In this document: positions 60,850 through 64,000 of the stretch, piece after piece
Layout of the letters: each line of letters begins with the position of its first letter
Position numbering within the stretch: position 1 is the first letter of the stretch
Origin: Candidatus Bathyarchaeota archaeon
GTDB taxonomy: Archaea; Thermoproteota; Bathyarchaeia; Bathyarchaeales; Bathycorpusculaceae
Direction of reading: 5' to 3'
Assembly: GCA_963811105.1 (NCBI GenBank)
Contig: CAWEPZ010000013.1
Location: 32,001-96,000 of the forward strand
DNA: 64,000 bases
Notes under the pieces: generated by a model
Told to the model about the DNA's origin: nothing
Seen by the model: only the letters and a program-made list of their open reading frames with translations
Database searches by the model: none
Translations under genes and position numbers: made by a program

Positions 60850-62037
60850 TTGAAATACCGCAAAATGGGTTCTTTGGACTGGAAAGTTTCAGCGTTAGGA
60901 TACGGTTGCATGCGGTTGCCGCCAAGAAAAATTAACAGACTAAGAGCCGAGACAGACAAATCAATTGAAGTAATCCGCTACGGAATTGACTCAGGGATCA
61001 ACTACATAGACACTGCTTGGCCATACCATTTAGGCGACAGCGAAAAAATAATTGGAAAAGCACTAAAAGACGGCTACAGAGACCAAGTTTACTTAGTCAC
61101 CAAGTTGCCAATGTTCATGGTTACCAACGCTAACCATTTTGATAGCTACCTGAAAACTCAGATGAAAAGACTTCAAACTGACCACTTAGATGCTTACCTC
61201 TTCCATGCAGTGAACCAGGGTCAATTCGACAAAATTAAGAGACTTGGGCTAATTAAAAAAATGGAAAACGCGAAAAAAGAAGGGCTAATCCGAAGTTTCG
61301 GTTTTTCGTTTCATGACACCCTTCCGGTTTACAAAGAGATAATCGACTATTATCCTTGGGACATCACCCAAATTCAATACAACTACATGGACACTGGTGT
61401 TCAAGCTACAACAGAGGGGCTAACCTATGCGCACAGCAAGGGAATCGCGGTTGTGGTGATGGAGCCACTAAAAGGGGGAACTTTGGTAAACCCTCCGCAA
61501 GAAGCTTTGAACATAATCAATTCAGCAGAGAAAAAAAGAACCCCAGCCGATTGGGCACTGCAGTTTCTGTGGAACAAACCCGAAATCTCAGTTGTACTCA
61601 GTGGAATGAACTCCAAAAAAATGATCCGAGAAAACTGCGAAAGCGCAGACAACTCAGGAATAAACTCACTAACCACACAAGAAATGGAAGTAATAAAAAA
61701 ACTCACAGAAGAGTTCAGAAAAAAAATCGCAGTCCCCTGCACATCATGCAGCTACTGCATGCCCTGCCCTCAAGGAGTCAACATCCCGCAAAACTTCGCC
61801 TGCCTGAACAATGTAACCTTAGAGAGAAGTCGCTTTCGCCGAATAATGACACGAAGAACATATAGAAAACTGCAAACCAAAAAAAACAAAGTTAACCATG
61901 AGAACCCCAACGGCAACGCCACACTATGCATAAAATGCGGGGTCTGCGCTAAGAAATGCCCCCAAAAAATCCAAATTCCAGAAGAACTCGAAAAAGTCAA
62001 ACAGGAATTAGGCAAACGAAAAGCACTATTGTGGTAG
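60850..62037 (+). CDS. Aldo/keto reductase with C-terminal 4Fe-4S dicluster (COG1453-like)
   Basis: VSALGYGCMRLP, GINYIDTAWPYH, TKLP, GFSFH, QIQYNY, MEPLKGG, CTSCSYCMPCP, CIKCGVCAKKCPQ. Confidence 0.93.
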   Translation: MKYRKMGSLDWKVSALGYGCMRLPPRKINRLRAETDKSIEVIRYGIDSGINYIDTAWPYHLGDSEKIIGKALKDGYRDQVYLVTKLPMFMVTNANHFDSYLKTQMKRLQTDHLDAYLFHAVNQGQFDKIKRLGLIKKMENAKKEGLIRSFGFSFHDTLPVYKEIIDYYPWDITQIQYNYMDTGVQATTEGLTYAHSKGIAVVVMEPLKGGTLVNPPQEALNIINSAEKKRTPADWALQFLWNKPEISVVLSGMNSKKMIRENCESADNSGINSLTTQEMEVIKKLTEEFRKKIAVPCTSCSYCMPCPQGVNIPQNFACLNNVTLERSRFRRIMTRRTYRKLQTKKNKVNHENPNGNATLCIKCGVCAKKCPQKIQIPEELEKVKQELGKRKALLW

Positions 62038-63135
62038 TACGACTTAATGCGAGTTAACATCGACTGGAGATAGACAAGAACCTCAATATCAAGCAAACCC
62101 AATCAGCCCCGCTCCTCTTGTTTCTGGGAATAACGACACTCAATCTGCAATAGTGGTGATATTTTCATCTAGAAAACTACTAAAATATTCTTTGGAACAC
62201 AAGAAATTGGGCCTCGTCTTATTGATTTTCTCCTTAATTGGCTGGGGCGCTTACTTTGCCATACTACCATATGGGTTCTTAATCTTTCTAGCTGACTTGG
62301 CACTGTGGCTATTTGGCACTATAGAGATATAAACCCTGATCTTGCTTTAGACAATCAAGCTAATTAATCTCAGTTTTATGAGCCATTTTTTCACTTTCTT
62401 TCATGCCTTTACTTGCTACTTACAATTAACAAAAGTGCTGGAAAATGAAACCGTGAATCGTCTCATTCTAGCTCGCTCATTGTGAGCGTTTCGATTAAAA
62501 ACCCTTCTAATAAACCCAAAGAAAAGCCTTCCGAGAGGCTGTTTACTTTTTGACCTTAACTATTCACAGTCGACTAGATGGGCTGTGCCGTCTGGACAAT
62601 AAACTTTCTCCCCTACAGAAACATGAACAAAACGGCGTTTGCATTCAGACAGCTGTTTTTCACATCCGTCACAATCACGAGATAGCATCTTTTCACCTCA
62701 CTCTTCTTAACGCGAATTTTCATGTAAGGGTCACATCAGACAAATAAGGATTACCTTTTAGGTTGTCCCTTGCATTAAACCGTCATTTGTGCAAGATAGC
62801 TTTTCCTGGACTTTTCAAAATCAGTTATTGAAGTTTGATGTTACGCAAACACCATTTTCCCCAAAAACACGATTGCTGAATCCTATCCGTCGCTATTGGA
62901 CACAACTCGTTTAAGTAGCAAAGAGCTGAAAGCCTATGTGTAACCATTTCCCTTTTTTTCCATCACTTTTAATATGGTTTGCAAGCAATCAAACCAAGGT
63001 GGCTTTGGAGAAAAAGAAGCGAAATGGTGGCAAGAGAGATTCTTAGCAGTTATTATTTAACCTCAACTCTATAAATATGTCTCCAGCAATAAGATATATA
63101 ATTATAGGAATACAAGTTGTGATGGAGGCAAGTCG

Positions 63136-63513
63136 GTGAAAACTGAAAAAGCTGAAGATTCAAAGCTATCTTCAAATATTCTGAGAATTGTGCTTGCCAA
63201 TAATGCATTCTACTTCTTCACAGACATTGGACAGTATACTAATAGATGTTCAACCTGCCTTACGGATTTTTGTAACGCGATTCAAACGGTAGATGTTAGG
63301 TCGGTGGAGTTCCACTTTGAGCGTGGAGACTTTGCATTATGGATTAGAGGAACTTTGGGAGACAACAAACTGGCAAACGAAATTAACAGAATTAGCAAAA
63401 CAATTCGGGGAGAAGAACTCAGAACAACAATACACCAAACTGTCGAGGCTCGCTTAACTAAACTGAAAAAACTCGAAGCATCAGAAGAGCTTTCCTTAGT
63501 GCGAGATGAATAA
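63136..63513 (+). CDS. DUF5752-like protein
   Basis: AFYFFTDIGQYT...L.DF...VDVRSVEFHFERGDFALWIRGTLGD..LA. Confidence 0.75.
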   Translation: MKTEKAEDSKLSSNILRIVLANNAFYFFTDIGQYTNRCSTCLTDFCNAIQTVDVRSVEFHFERGDFALWIRGTLGDNKLANEINRISKTIRGEELRTTIHQTVEARLTKLKKLEASEELSLVRDE

Positions 63514-64000
63514 GCACACCGCGGTGTCTTGTCCCTTTAATAATGATTGTTTAGCTTTGTTTGATTTGATTAGAATTTAACAAGAACTCAAAACTTCAAA
63601 ATCTACGTTCTTAATTCATAAAGCCCAAATTCAAATGCAGATTATGTTTTGGCAAGAGACCTCTTGAAGACACCGTTTCAAGTGAAGTTTTCAAGCAAAA
63701 AAAATCGTTATTATCGGTATTATTGTGCTTTTTCTATTTTCAATAATAGCTGGCGTTCTCGCTAGACACCTATAACATCTTGTAATTCTCAGAATTTTTC
63801 TCAGGCCAAGTTTGTTACTCTGCTTTAGGAACTGCAGTAGTAGACATGGAGTTTGATGTCATGCAAAAACCTTTTTCAACAAAAAACGCGACTATAGCAT
63901 CTATCCGTTGCTCTGGCAACAACGTATTCCAAGTACATTAACCCGTAGACAGGAACTATTCGGATATAGCACCTCGCCAGAGAGGGGGGTTTGATTTTTC

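Larger units (their letters stand above)
60588..64000. repeat. Dispersed ~115-bp repeat in 3 copies: 60588-60706, 62864-62917 (partial) and 63886-64000 (runs to the window end)
   Basis: Identical core AAGTACATTAACCCGTAGACA at 60635 and 63931; shared acNcgaYt..Nat(c)NtatccgtNNct..ggNNaca block in all three. Confidence 0.8.

Overview
Archaeal chromosomal segment, probably Bathyarchaeia. This is inferred from gene content: a Cdv/ESCRT operon with CdvA, methanopterin-type genes, HTH_45 regulators and FxLYD/DUF5752 proteins. (1) 1-29.5 kb is a surface and carbohydrate island. It holds two secreted GH5 hydrolases that share gene-conversion tracts, a ~1880-aa secreted multidomain protein, a glycosylation cluster and three HTH_45 regulators. 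The large protein has a circularly permuted CE4 deacetylase, a PHP hydrolase, Ig-like repeats and a lectin-like propeller. The glycosylation cluster has DUF2206, GT2/GT4, a WbpB/E/D-like trio and a kinase-nucleotidyltransferase fusion. (2) 29.8-47.6 kb is housekeeping: a CBS-HPF ribosome hibernation factor, pyrDK, a hybrid folate/methanopterin biosynthesis cluster, a LipS2-like radical SAM enzyme and a divergent homocitrate-synthase-family enzyme. (3) 48-57.3 kb holds a membrane-anchored multicopper oxidase and the cdvB-cdvA-cdvB-cdvC operon. (4) 57.3-64 kb is gene-poor, with strand-skewed foldback elements and a 3-copy dispersed repeat. Five splits in four genes are each repaired by removing one extra base, most likely sequencing or assembly indels. 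No rRNA, tRNA, CRISPR array or transposase was recognised. All family calls come from motif recognition by eye, not database searches.
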